Of a DNA stretch of 64,000 nucleotides, positions 50,502 through 59,861 are shown in pieces. Each line of letters starts with the position of its first letter. Position 1 is the stretch's first letter. Position numbers and translations under genes: made by a program. Source of the DNA: an uncultured SAR86 cluster bacterium (lineage in GTDB: Bacteria > Pseudomonadota > Gammaproteobacteria > Magnimaribacterales > D2472). The stretch lies in NCBI GenBank assembly GCA_902528215.1, contig CABZRR010000003.1:20954-84953 (forward strand), in the 5' to 3' direction. A model generated the notes under the pieces. It was given only the letters and a program-made list of their open reading frames with translations. It had not been told where the DNA came from and searched no databases.

Positions 50502-51551
50502 ATGAAAAGCCTAAATCCTATCCCGGTAGCAGGCAATCCAGCATCGCCTTATACCAGAAAGATGCTTGCATTAATGAGGTATCGAAGAATTTGTTACACA
50601 GTTGAGTGGGGAGATCCTCGAAACTTAATCAAAAAGATGAAATTAGAAGAACCAAAGCCAATGCTATTGCCAGTAATTATATTTAATGTTGATGGTCAGA
50701 ATAAGGCTATTACAGATTCAACTCCAATTATTCGTCATCTAGAAAATGAATTTACTTTAAGGAGCGTAATTCCCTCTGATCCAAAATTAAATTTTTTAAA
50801 TTATGTTCTTGAAGATTTTGGTGATGAGTGGGTAACTAAATACATGTTCCATTATCGATGGCATTTTTCAAATGATATAGAGAAGGCGGGGACTATTTTG
50901 CCACTTATGCATGATGTAAGTCTAGACGATGCGAGCCACCTGGAATTTAAAAAATATTTTTCTGAATTGCAGACAAGTCGTTTAAGGGTTGTCGGTTCCA
51001 ATCAAAAAACCGCTCCTATAATTGAAGCAAGTTATAAAAGGTTTTTAAAAAAACTTGATTATTGTTTGTCACTTAATCCATATTTGTTTGGCAAACGTCC
51101 TTCATCATCAGATTATGCAATTTATGGACAGCTTACCCAATTAGTTGGTTTTGATCCTACATCTAGTAATATCGCGCATGCCGTGTCTCCTCGAGTTATT
51201 GCTTGGGTCGATCAAATGGAGGACATGAGTGGGATAGACGTTCATCAGGAAGATTGGATAAATTTTGAGGATGTTGAAAACAATTTGTCTGGTCTTTTTC
51301 AAGAAATAGGCAAAGTTTACATTCCTGCACTTCTGGCAAATTCTAATGCTATTGATGCAAAAGAAAAAATTTGGAAAACTAATATTGATGGCACTGAATG
51401 GGAGCAGCAAAGCTTTCCCTATCAAGCAAAATGCTTGAAATGGATTAACGATGAGTTTAGCGCTTTAAATGAAGATGACCAAAAACAAATAAAAAGTTTT
51501 TTAGAGAAGACTGGATGTGAGAATTTAATTGTAAGGAGCAAAAATGATTGA
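50502..51551 (+). CDS. glutathione S-transferase-like protein (extended, about 350 aa)
   Basis: Thioredoxin-like N-domain ([11 protein letters not shown]...[12 protein letters not shown]) and a GST-C-like helical domain ([18 protein letters not shown]). The subfamily is uncertain. Confidence 0.6.
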   Translation: MKSLNPIPVAGNPASPYTRKMLALMRYRRICYTVEWGDPRNLIKKMKLEEPKPMLLPVIIFNVDGQNKAITDSTPIIRHLENEFTLRSVIPSDPKLNFLNYVLEDFGDEWVTKYMFHYRWHFSNDIEKAGTILPLMHDVSLDDASHLEFKKYFSELQTSRLRVVGSNQKTAPIIEASYKRFLKKLDYCLSLNPYLFGKRPSSSDYAIYGQLTQLVGFDPTSSNIAHAVSPRVIAWVDQMEDMSGIDVHQEDWINFEDVENNLSGLFQEIGKVYIPALLANSNAIDAKEKIWKTNIDGTEWEQQSFPYQAKCLKWINDEFSALNEDDQKQIKSFLEKTGCENLIVRSKND

Positions 51552-52227
51552 TTTTTATACAGCCCCAACCCCCAACGGTCATAAAGTTTCATGCACTCTG
51601 GAAGCCATGGGATTAGATTATGAAACCCATATTATTAATTTATCCAAGAATGAGCAAAAGGAGCCTGATTTCCTTGCAATTAGTCCTAATGGAAGAATTC
51701 CTGCAATTGTGGACAGGGATGCAAACAATTTAGCTATTTTTGAATCAGGAGCCATTATGATTTATCTTGCAGAAAAGACTGGGAAGCTCATGCCAAGTGA
51801 TCTAAATGAAAAAGCAAAAGTTCTAGAATGGTTGATGTTTCAGATGGGCGGAGTTGGACCTATGATGGGCCAAGCAAATGTCTTTTTTCGGTATTTTCCA
51901 GAAAAAATACAGCCAGCGATAGATCGATATCAAAATGAAGGCAGAAGATTATTCGAAGTGCTTGACAACCATTTAGCTAGACAGGAATGGCTTGCAACAG
52001 ACTACTCAATAGCAGATATTGCTAATTGGTGTTGGGTGAGAACACACAAATGGTCAGGAATTTCAGTTGATGGACTAGATCACCTTGAGCGATGGAGAAA
52101 AGCAATGTATAAGCAGCCTGGAATGCTTGAAGGTATTGCAGTTCCTGTAAAGATTGAAAAACTTCTAGATAACGATGAAAAAATGAAAGAGTTTACAAAG
52201 AATGCCGAAAAAATGGTGAAAAAATAA
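51544..52227 (+). CDS. yfcG: glutathione S-transferase, YfcG/Nu-class-like
   Basis: [20 protein letters not shown]...[14 protein letters not shown]...[15 protein letters not shown]...[15 protein letters not shown] is near-collinear with E. coli YfcG. Confidence 0.8.
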   Translation: MIDFYTAPTPNGHKVSCTLEAMGLDYETHIINLSKNEQKEPDFLAISPNGRIPAIVDRDANNLAIFESGAIMIYLAEKTGKLMPSDLNEKAKVLEWLMFQMGGVGPMMGQANVFFRYFPEKIQPAIDRYQNEGRRLFEVLDNHLARQEWLATDYSIADIANWCWVRTHKWSGISVDGLDHLERWRKAMYKQPGMLEGIAVPVKIEKLLDNDEKMKEFTKNAEKMVKK

Positions 52228-52241
52228 AAAAGGAGGAAGAA

Positions 52242-52856
52242 ATGTTAAAAGTACATTTTGTTGCTGGAACTAGATCGGGAAGAGTAGTTTGGCTTTTAGA
52301 GGAGTTAGGTTTGGAATATGAGGTAAATATTATGCCATTCACCAAAGAAGGCCTGAAATCACCTGAGCATAGATCAAGACATGCATTAGGAAGAGTTCCA
52401 GTATTAGAGGATGGCGATATTTCAATTTTTGAATCTGGCGCAATTATTGATTATGTTCTTGAGAGACATAAAAATGGAGGTTTGAAGCCTAATTCAGATG
52501 CTCCTGAATTTCCTTTTTATCTTCAGTGGTATCACTACTGTGAGGGTATGGTCATGCCTCCTATGAATCAAATTGTAGTTCAAACAGTTTTATTACCACC
52601 TGATAGAAGAGATGAAGTTGTATTAAATCAAGCGAAAAACCTACTAACAAAATCTTTAGCTCCAGTTAATGAAAATCTTGCAGATAAAGATTATTTAATT
52701 GGAGACTTTTCTGCTGCAGATTTGATGCTCGGACATTCGTGTTTTATGGCAAACAGACTTGGTTGCGTAAGTGATGAGATGCAAAATATCAAAGATTATG
52801 TTGCAAGGATTGCTGATAGACCTGCATTCAAAAAAGCTATCACCATGGGAGAGTGA
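52242..52856 (+). CDS. glutathione S-transferase family protein
   Basis: GRVPVLEDGDISIFESGAIIDYV (G-site) and a C-terminal helical domain with FSAADLML. Confidence 0.8.
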   Translation: MLKVHFVAGTRSGRVVWLLEELGLEYEVNIMPFTKEGLKSPEHRSRHALGRVPVLEDGDISIFESGAIIDYVLERHKNGGLKPNSDAPEFPFYLQWYHYCEGMVMPPMNQIVVQTVLLPPDRRDEVVLNQAKNLLTKSLAPVNENLADKDYLIGDFSAADLMLGHSCFMANRLGCVSDEMQNIKDYVARIADRPAFKKAITMGE

Positions 52857-53272
52857 CAATGAAAGTTAAAAATATGCTAACGCCTAATCAGGAGCAAATG
52901 GATGGATTCCTTGAGGGCGATAGTGACTCACCAATATCAATGGTAAATCTTCTAAAGTTTAAAGATAAAGCAGAGTATGCAGATGGTAGAGATTCAAAGC
53001 TTTCTGGCAGGGAGGCATATTTTATTTATGCAACTGAAGTAAAAGAACATTTAAAAAAAGTTGGAGCTGAGATAATCTTTGGTGGAGATGTAAGCCGATT
53101 AATGCTCGGTGAGGTTGAGGATTTATGGGACAGTGTTGCGATTGCTAGATACCCTAGTAGAAAAGCTATGCTAGAAATGATGATGGATAAAGATTATCAA
53201 GAAAGTGAAAAACGTAGATCTGCAGGGTTGCTTGGGCAATTAAATATAGAAACAAAAGAAGGTGTTATGTAG
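52853..53272 (+). CDS. DUF1330 domain protein
   Basis: 139 aa with VNLLKFKDKAEY...WDSVAIARYPSRKAMLEMM...Y, which fits the dimeric alpha/beta-barrel-like DUF1330 pattern (from memory). Confidence 0.6.
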   Translation: MTMKVKNMLTPNQEQMDGFLEGDSDSPISMVNLLKFKDKAEYADGRDSKLSGREAYFIYATEVKEHLKKVGAEIIFGGDVSRLMLGEVEDLWDSVAIARYPSRKAMLEMMMDKDYQESEKRRSAGLLGQLNIETKEGVM

Positions 53273-53739
53273 TGTTTAACAAAATCTTTCCCCTGGTGGC
53301 TGACAATAACTTTAATGGCAATAAGATCGCTCTTTGGGGATTCATTTTATTCACACTCTTGATGACATGGAGATCAATCATTCATATGCTTTTTGAGAAA
53401 TATGGATTTCATGAAATAGGAAATTTTATATCCATTGAAGGTAACGCTGACCCTATGGTGTTAATCTATAGATTTTTTTCCCTATGGGGTTTTGCGCAGT
53501 TAATAATTTGTCTTATTTGCTGGATTGTTATTTTTCGATACAGAGCACTCATTCCATTAATGTATTTACTATGGTTATTTGAATGGAGTTTTAGAGCATT
53601 TGGATATCCATTGATAAGGGAAGACATTACAATTCAAGGGATTTATACAGTTGGCGCTACTCCCGGTGAAGTCGGTGCTCCTTTTGCAGCTTTTCTTTTA
53701 ATGACACTTTTCAGTCTTTCACTGATACAAAAAAAATAA
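53272..53739 (+). CDS. hypothetical integral membrane protein
   Basis: GTG start overlapping the upstream stop. It has 3-4 hydrophobic helices, and I recognise no family. Confidence 0.5.
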   Translation: MFNKIFPLVADNNFNGNKIALWGFILFTLLMTWRSIIHMLFEKYGFHEIGNFISIEGNADPMVLIYRFFSLWGFAQLIICLICWIVIFRYRALIPLMYLLWLFEWSFRAFGYPLIREDITIQGIYTVGATPGEVGAPFAAFLLMTLFSLSLIQKK

Positions 53740-53754
53740 TATTGGGATAATACC

Positions 53755-54873
53755 GTGAATCAATTTCAAACTTTAAAATCTGACTTAACACAATCAAGAA
53801 TCATAGATATTGATTCAACTGTGATTGATGATGACGAGATTATTGTCAAGATTGAAAGTTATGCTTTTACAGCAAATAACGTTACTTATGGAGTAGCTGG
53901 CGATACCATTGGATATTGGAAATTTTTTCCAGCAGGGTATGACGAAAAAAATGAATGGGGCTGTATACCTGTGTGGGGATTTGCAGAAATTACTGATTCA
54001 AATGTCGAGGGTTTAAATATTGGAGAGCGACTGTTTGGTTATTTTCCAGCTGCAAACTCACTAACTTTAAAGCCAACTAAAATTTCAAATCAAAGTTTTA
54101 CTGATGGCAAAGAGCATCGAAAAGAATTACCGTCTGTTTATAATAATTACATCAGACTTGATGGAGATCAAAACTATGATGCATCGATGGATGCAATCAG
54201 AGCACTTTTATTCCCACTGCATATTACAGCATTTTGTTTATGCGACGCTTTAGCAGAAGATGCCTATTTTGGAGCATCTCAAATAATTATTATTAGCGCT
54301 TCAAGCAAAACAGCAATTGGTCTGGCTCAAGGCTTAGCCGATAAAGATAATTCGCCAAAAATTGTTGGCTTAACATCTGCCAGAAATACAAAATTTACAG
54401 AAAGTTTGGGCTGTTATGATCAGGTAGTTTCATACGATGAGCTTAAGAATATAGATTATTCTGCTGGCTCTATAATGGTTGATATGGCTGGCAACATAGA
54501 AATATTAGGAAAACTTCACGGAGAGCTTGGGGATAAAATGATAAAGTGCTTAACTGTTGGCATGACTCATTGGGACAATGGAACCACTGCAGATGATGCT
54601 TTAGGGCAAGTGATGCTAAGAGAAAGAACAGAATTCTTTTTCGCTCCAACGCACATTCAAAAGCGAATTGAAGACTGGGGACATGATGTTTATGCAAAAA
54701 AAACAAATTCCTTCATGGCTGCTAGAGCGCTGCAAAGTAAAATGTGGATGCAGATCAAGGAAATTGATGGGTTAGAAAACTTTACCAGTACTTACAAAGA
54801 AATGGTTGAAGGAAAAATCAATCCTAGCGAAGGAATAATCGTAAACTTAATTGACATAAGGAGAATTAGATGA
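53755..54873 (+). CDS. DUF2855 family protein (MDR-like fold, function unknown)
   Basis: 372 aa. The N-terminal block FTANNVTYGVAGDTIGYWKFFP...WGCIPVWGFAEI...GERLFGYFP matches my recollection of DUF2855. Confidence 0.5.
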   Translation: MNQFQTLKSDLTQSRIIDIDSTVIDDDEIIVKIESYAFTANNVTYGVAGDTIGYWKFFPAGYDEKNEWGCIPVWGFAEITDSNVEGLNIGERLFGYFPAANSLTLKPTKISNQSFTDGKEHRKELPSVYNNYIRLDGDQNYDASMDAIRALLFPLHITAFCLCDALAEDAYFGASQIIIISASSKTAIGLAQGLADKDNSPKIVGLTSARNTKFTESLGCYDQVVSYDELKNIDYSAGSIMVDMAGNIEILGKLHGELGDKMIKCLTVGMTHWDNGTTADDALGQVMLRERTEFFFAPTHIQKRIEDWGHDVYAKKTNSFMAARALQSKMWMQIKEIDGLENFTSTYKEMVEGKINPSEGIIVNLIDIRRIR

Positions 54874-55247
54874 AAAACGTGTTGAGAATAGTCGCGGGCC
54901 TTTTTGGATTCTTTTTTTTAATAAATGGAATCCAGTGGATTGTTAATCCAGCAAGTATTGCCGAGCAATTAGGCATGCCCTTGTTAGAGGGTGCTGGGCT
55001 GAGCACACAAATTGGTGATATAGGAAGTTTCTTTATCACAGTTGGGGTATTGACATTAGTTGGAGTGATTACAACAACACGTCACTGGTTTTATGCACCT
55101 TCAATGCTTTTATTGATAGCAGCTATATATAGAACCCTTTCAACTTTAATTTACGATGCACCATTCGTAATGTCAGCAATTGTTGTAGAGGTAGTTGTAG
55201 GTTTATTTTTAATCTTTGTTGGTTCGCGGATTTCAACACAAGATTAA
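54870..55247 (+). CDS. small 4-TM membrane protein (possibly DUF4345-like)
   Basis: 125 aa with four hydrophobic segments. An ATGA overlap links it to the upstream gene. Confidence 0.45.
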   Translation: MKNVLRIVAGLFGFFFLINGIQWIVNPASIAEQLGMPLLEGAGLSTQIGDIGSFFITVGVLTLVGVITTTRHWFYAPSMLLLIAAIYRTLSTLIYDAPFVMSAIVVEVVVGLFLIFVGSRISTQD

Positions 55248-55251
55248 AATT

Positions 55252-56304
55252 ATGAAACTCCTTAAATATATATCAATTTTTGCTTTAACTTGCTTTATCT
55301 TGGTGTCTGTTTTAACGAGAGTTCCAGCTGTCCAAGATCGTCTAATGCTAAGATTTGCTCAAACTTTGGGGAGCACAACGGCTGATTTAAATGATAATTC
55401 ATTATCCGCTGTTGTTTGTGGCTCTAGATCTCCACTTCCATCTCCAGGAAGGGCGCAAACATGTATTTTGGTGAATGCAGGAGGTAATTACTATGTTGTT
55501 GATATTGGAGATGGGAGTGCCGCAAATCTAGGTAATTGGAGAATAGATGCAAATAAGATTCGTGCTACTCTACTAACTCATCTTCACTCTGATCATATCT
55601 CTGATCTTGCAGATCTCCATTTAATGACATGGATTAATACCTCTCACACGAAGCCCATGGATGTTTATGGTCCTGAAGGTGTTGAAGTAGTAACTCAAGG
55701 TTTTGAGGATGCATATCAGTTGGACTATCAATACAGATATGAGCATCATGGTAATGAAATAGCGCCAAAAGATATTGCTGGTTTTAACACCTTTACGATA
55801 GATTTATCATACCCTGTAATTATTAATGAAGATGGTTTAAAAGTAACGGCCTTCAAGGTAACTCATGAGCCAGTTGATCCCGCTTTAGGATTTCGTTTTG
55901 ATTATAAGGGGAGATCAATTGTTATTAGTGGAGATACTATTTACGACGAAAATGTAATTAAACATGCAAAAGATGCGGATGTTTTATTTCATGAGGCGCA
56001 AGCAAATCATCAATTGGATATTATGAGAAAAGCTTTAGAAAGCAATAAAGGATTAGTTACAATTTTAAATGATATTGAGACGTATCATACAACACCTATA
56101 GAAGCTGCTAAGGTTGCAAACTTGGCTAACGTTGGCCATTTATTTTTTTATCATTTAACTCCAGCACCAAGAAATAATTTAACAGAAAGAATGTTTTTTC
56201 GAGGAGTCAATGATATAAGGAAAAAATGGAGTTCCACAAAAGATGGCACTATGGTTATTTTGCCATTAGACTCAGATGAAATAATAATTACAGATATAAA
56301 TTAA
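55252..56304 (+). CDS. MBL-fold metallo-hydrolase with an N-terminal signal/anchor
   Basis: HxHxDH motif LLTHLHSDHISDL, and downstream ISGDT and FHEA blocks. The start is taken at ATG 55252 (MKLLKYISIFALTCF...). Confidence 0.8.
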   Translation: MKLLKYISIFALTCFILVSVLTRVPAVQDRLMLRFAQTLGSTTADLNDNSLSAVVCGSRSPLPSPGRAQTCILVNAGGNYYVVDIGDGSAANLGNWRIDANKIRATLLTHLHSDHISDLADLHLMTWINTSHTKPMDVYGPEGVEVVTQGFEDAYQLDYQYRYEHHGNEIAPKDIAGFNTFTIDLSYPVIINEDGLKVTAFKVTHEPVDPALGFRFDYKGRSIVISGDTIYDENVIKHAKDADVLFHEAQANHQLDIMRKALESNKGLVTILNDIETYHTTPIEAAKVANLANVGHLFFYHLTPAPRNNLTERMFFRGVNDIRKKWSSTKDGTMVILPLDSDEIIITDIN

Positions 56305-57092
56305 TGGATGTAAAAAATAAAAGAGTTATTGTCACCGGTGCAGCAAGTGGCATTGGTAAGGCTCTATGCGAAGCTTTTCATCAAGCAGGAGCTAAATCAG
56401 TAATTGCTGTAGATATAAATCTCGATGGCGCACAAGAAACAGCTGATTCAGTCGACGGTATTGCTGTTCAAGCGAACGTTGGAAGTGAAAAGGATATTAT
56501 CAATCTGATTGAAAAGGCAAATGAGCATGTTGGCGGCATTGATATTTTTTGTTCTAATGCAGGAATTGGTGGGGTACCAGGATTTTTTGAAGTTGAGGCA
56601 TCGGATTGGCAGAATATTTGGGATGTGAATGTTCAATCTCATATCTTTGCAGCTAAACATGTTCTACCTCAGATGATTGAAAGAGGAGAAGGCTATCTAG
56701 TTAATACTTCATCAGCAGCCGGGCTTCTGACGCAGTTAGGAGCAGCAGGCTATTCAGTTACTAAAGCAGCTGCAGTTAGTTTTGCTGAGTGGGTCAAGAT
56801 AACCTATGGAGAAAAGGGTATTGGTGTTTCTTGTCTTTGTCCTCAGGCAGTTAGAACAGCAATGACTGCTCAAGGTCCTGGTGTTGCTGGTGTAGATGGA
56901 ATGATGGAGCCAGATGAAGTTGCTCAAGAAGTTTTAAAATGCATTGCAGAAGAAAAATTTTTAGTATTACCTCATATAGAAGTAGCTGAGTATGTTTCTA
57001 GAAAGGGTAATGATAGGGACAGATGGATATCTGGAATGCAGAGACTTCAAAAGCAATTTGAAGATTTCTTAACCCCAGTTGATATGAAGTAA
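56304..57092 (+). CDS. SDR family oxidoreductase
   Basis: VIVTGAASGIGKAL (TGxxxGxG), NAG, and the catalytic YSVTKAA (YxxxK). Confidence 0.88.
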   Translation: MDVKNKRVIVTGAASGIGKALCEAFHQAGAKSVIAVDINLDGAQETADSVDGIAVQANVGSEKDIINLIEKANEHVGGIDIFCSNAGIGGVPGFFEVEASDWQNIWDVNVQSHIFAAKHVLPQMIERGEGYLVNTSSAAGLLTQLGAAGYSVTKAAAVSFAEWVKITYGEKGIGVSCLCPQAVRTAMTAQGPGVAGVDGMMEPDEVAQEVLKCIAEEKFLVLPHIEVAEYVSRKGNDRDRWISGMQRLQKQFEDFLTPVDMK

Positions 57093-57107
57093 AAAAAAGG
57101 AGAAAAC

Positions 57108-58076
57108 ATGAAAACAAAAATTACAGAGTTATTTGGTATAGAGCATCCTATTATTCAGGGTGGAATGCATCATGTAGGATTTGCTGAGTTAGCCGCAGCA
57201 GTATCAAATGCAGGCGGTCTTGGAACTATAACGGGTCTAACTCAAGGAACGCCTGAAAAGCTTGCAAATGAGATAGCTCGATGTAAGGAGATGACCGACA
57301 AACCCTTTGCAGTGAATCTTACATTTTTACCTTCATTAACGCCTCCAGATTATCCTGGATTGGTCGATGTAATTATTGGTGGAGATGTTCCCATCGTTGA
57401 AACAGCTGGAAGAAATCCTGCTGAATATTTGCCTGCTTTAAAAGATGCAGGAATTAAAATTATTCATAAGTGCACCTCGGTAAGACATTCATTAAAAGCA
57501 CAATCAATAGGATGTGATGCCGTCTCGGTTGATGGTTTTGAATGCGGCGGTCATCCTGGTGAAGATGATATTCCTAATTTTATTCTTTTGCCTAGGGCAG
57601 CTGATGAACTTGAAATTCCATTTGTTGCCTCAGGGGGGATGGCTGATGCAAGAAGTTTAGTTGCAGCCATGGCTCTTGGAGCAGAAGGTATGAATATGGG
57701 CACGAGATTTATAGCAACTCAAGAAGCGCCAGTGCATCAAAATGTTAAAGATTCAATAGTTAATGCTTCTGAATTAGATACTAGATTAATTATGCGTTCT
57801 TTAAGAAACACCGAAAGGGTTCTTAATAATGAAGCAGTAGAGCGTCTTATGGAAAAGGAAAATGCCTTAGGGGATCAACTTACTTTCCAAGATATAGCTG
57901 ATGAGGTTGCTGGAGTTTATCCAAAGATTATGCATGAAGGGACTATGGAGGCTGGTGCTTGGTCTTGTGGAATGGTTGCGGGTCTGGTAAATGATATACC
58001 AACAGTTAAAGAGTTAATCGACGGAATTATGAATGAAGCTGATAGTATTATTGAAAAGAGATTAAGCAATTTTTAA
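57108..58076 (+). CDS. nitronate monooxygenase family (NMO copy 2)
   Basis: HPIIQGGMHHVG..LAAAVSNAGGLG...ASGGMADA...GAEGMNMGTRF. It is a paralog of 49576..50499. Confidence 0.85.
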   Translation: MKTKITELFGIEHPIIQGGMHHVGFAELAAAVSNAGGLGTITGLTQGTPEKLANEIARCKEMTDKPFAVNLTFLPSLTPPDYPGLVDVIIGGDVPIVETAGRNPAEYLPALKDAGIKIIHKCTSVRHSLKAQSIGCDAVSVDGFECGGHPGEDDIPNFILLPRAADELEIPFVASGGMADARSLVAAMALGAEGMNMGTRFIATQEAPVHQNVKDSIVNASELDTRLIMRSLRNTERVLNNEAVERLMEKENALGDQLTFQDIADEVAGVYPKIMHEGTMEAGAWSCGMVAGLVNDIPTVKELIDGIMNEADSIIEKRLSNF

Positions 58077-58092
58077 TTCTTAAATTCTGATC

Positions 58093-59046
58093 TTATATTA
58101 ATATCCCATTTACTCTGTCGATCAACCAGAAAAAGCCCATGCCACCTAAAATTAACGAGGTAAAAGTGGCTGATTGTTTATAAAAGTTAAATTTGTGCGA
58201 AAGCCAGATAACTGATCCAAATATAGGGATCAGCAGAAGCTGACCTGCTTCAATGCCCAGGTTAAAGAATAGTAAAGAAAGTAGCAGCTGCTCATTGTCG
58301 ATACCAATTCCAGTTAGGGCATTAGCAAAACCCAGCCCGTGCAACAACCCAAAGCCAAAAGCAACAAGCCAAGGTGTAGATTGATATTTTTTACTTTCAC
58401 TGACCTCTAAACCAAGGTAAATGATAGTAAGCGCAATAATTGCCTCTACAGTTGCTTGCGGTATTGAGACTAGCTCAAATACTGATAAACCTAAGGTAAT
58501 GCTATGTGCAAGAGTAAATGCAGTGATTGTTTTTACTGCATTGAAAAAACCTGAAATTAAAAAAAGTAGCCCTAAGATGAAAAGGATATGATCATTTCCA
58601 CTCATAAGATGATCAATGCCTAGAGTTAAATATCCCATTGGATAAACTTGCTTTTGAAAAGGAATCTCTATCGATGATCTTTTAAGGTTCATAAGGCCTT
58701 CAAATACCTCTCCGTTAGCATGGGTAATTGTTACTAAGGCATCTGTGAGCACACTCAAATTATTTACTGAAATTATTTGGCCTTTTAGAGAGCTTTCACA
58801 ATTGAGGGATATTCTTTCAACCAAATACTTTCCCTTTTGACTGGGAAGTTGGCTATTTCTTTCACAATCATCAGGGAAAAAAACTTCTGCTCTTGCACCA
58901 ATGTTTTTTATTGGATACATCCAACTCACTTGATACTCATTATCATTAAGCTCATCCACAACCAAGTGAGCCGGATTAAACTCATGAGAGAATAATGCAG
59001 TTGAACAAACAAGAATGACTAATGTTTTAACAAGCTTGTAAACCAT
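58093..59046 (-). CDS. HupE/UreJ-like membrane protein with a periplasmic N-domain (copy 2)
   Basis: Signal peptide with predicted cleavage ALFS/HEFNPAHL, a Cys-containing soluble domain of about 140 aa, then GIDHLMSGNDHILFILGLLFL and LLHGLGFANAL. Its ATG overlaps the upstream stop (TGATG). Confidence 0.7.
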   Translation of the reverse strand: MVYKLVKTLVILVCSTALFSHEFNPAHLVVDELNDNEYQVSWMYPIKNIGARAEVFFPDDCERNSQLPSQKGKYLVERISLNCESSLKGQIISVNNLSVLTDALVTITHANGEVFEGLMNLKRSSIEIPFQKQVYPMGYLTLGIDHLMSGNDHILFILGLLFLISGFFNAVKTITAFTLAHSITLGLSVFELVSIPQATVEAIIALTIIYLGLEVSESKKYQSTPWLVAFGFGLLHGLGFANALTGIGIDNEQLLLSLLFFNLGIEAGQLLLIPIFGSVIWLSHKFNFYKQSATFTSLILGGMGFFWLIDRVNGILI

Positions 59047-59846
59047 CAAAACTTATAATCTGGATCGATGACGACCCTATATTGAGATCTTATTTCATTA
59101 ATATATTTAGCAATAGCCTTATCTTGAGCCTCTGAAAGATAGTCTTGCTGAACTTTTATTAGAACCTTTTCAAGAGGGGGCGAAAATCCAGCTTTAACTT
59201 CTTTCAACATTATTATGTGATATCCATAGGTAGATTCATGCGGCCCAGACCACTCATTTACAGGAAGGTTTTTAATCGAAGAGAAAAATAATTCTCCAAA
59301 ATTTTTTTTAATTTCATTTGCAGTATTTTGATAAAAGTTTTTTCCTAAAAAAAATGGATCGCCCTTTAATTCATCTTCATTGGTTTGATAATCGTTAAAA
59401 GCTTTGGTTGCTCTTTCCTTTGCACTAGATTCTTTTGAATAGTAGTGATGAGAGAACGAATAGGTTGCAGGAACAAAGTAGTTACCTTTATTTTGTTGAA
59501 AAAATCCTTTTAATTCCTCTTGTGATGGATCTTCTGGAACAGTTTCTTGTTTTAAGAAAGTAATTTTTTGCGCTAATCTTCTTTTAATAATTCGATCTTC
59601 CTCATCTAAATTTAAAAGCAATGCTTCTCTGTATAAAATCTCCTCTTGAACAAAGTTATTTATAATATTTACAATTTCTTCATCATTTGGAGGTCTTCCA
59701 ACTTGTGACTGCCATGCTGAAAGCAAACTAGTTAATTCTTGGTCTGATATATAAATAACTTTTGAGTTTTTTTCAGAACTAAACGCAACATCAAGTATGA
59801 AAATTAATAAGCCAATTAAAAAAAATACAATTATCCTGAGTCTCAC
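59046..59846 (-). CDS. membrane-anchored parvulin-like (PpiC-type) peptidyl-prolyl isomerase / SurA-N-like chaperone
   Basis: N-terminal TM helix (IIVFFLIGLLIFILDVAF), helical region EEILYREALLLNLDEEDRIIKRRLAQKI, and parvulin blocks YSFSHHYY and STYGYHIIMLKE. Confidence 0.7.
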   Translation of the reverse strand: MRLRIIVFFLIGLLIFILDVAFSSEKNSKVIYISDQELTSLLSAWQSQVGRPPNDEEIVNIINNFVQEEILYREALLLNLDEEDRIIKRRLAQKITFLKQETVPEDPSQEELKGFFQQNKGNYFVPATYSFSHHYYSKESSAKERATKAFNDYQTNEDELKGDPFFLGKNFYQNTANEIKKNFGELFFSSIKNLPVNEWSGPHESTYGYHIIMLKEVKAGFSPPLEKVLIKVQQDYLSEAQDKAIAKYINEIRSQYRVVIDPDYKF

Positions 59847-59861
59847 TGCAAATCCTTAACT

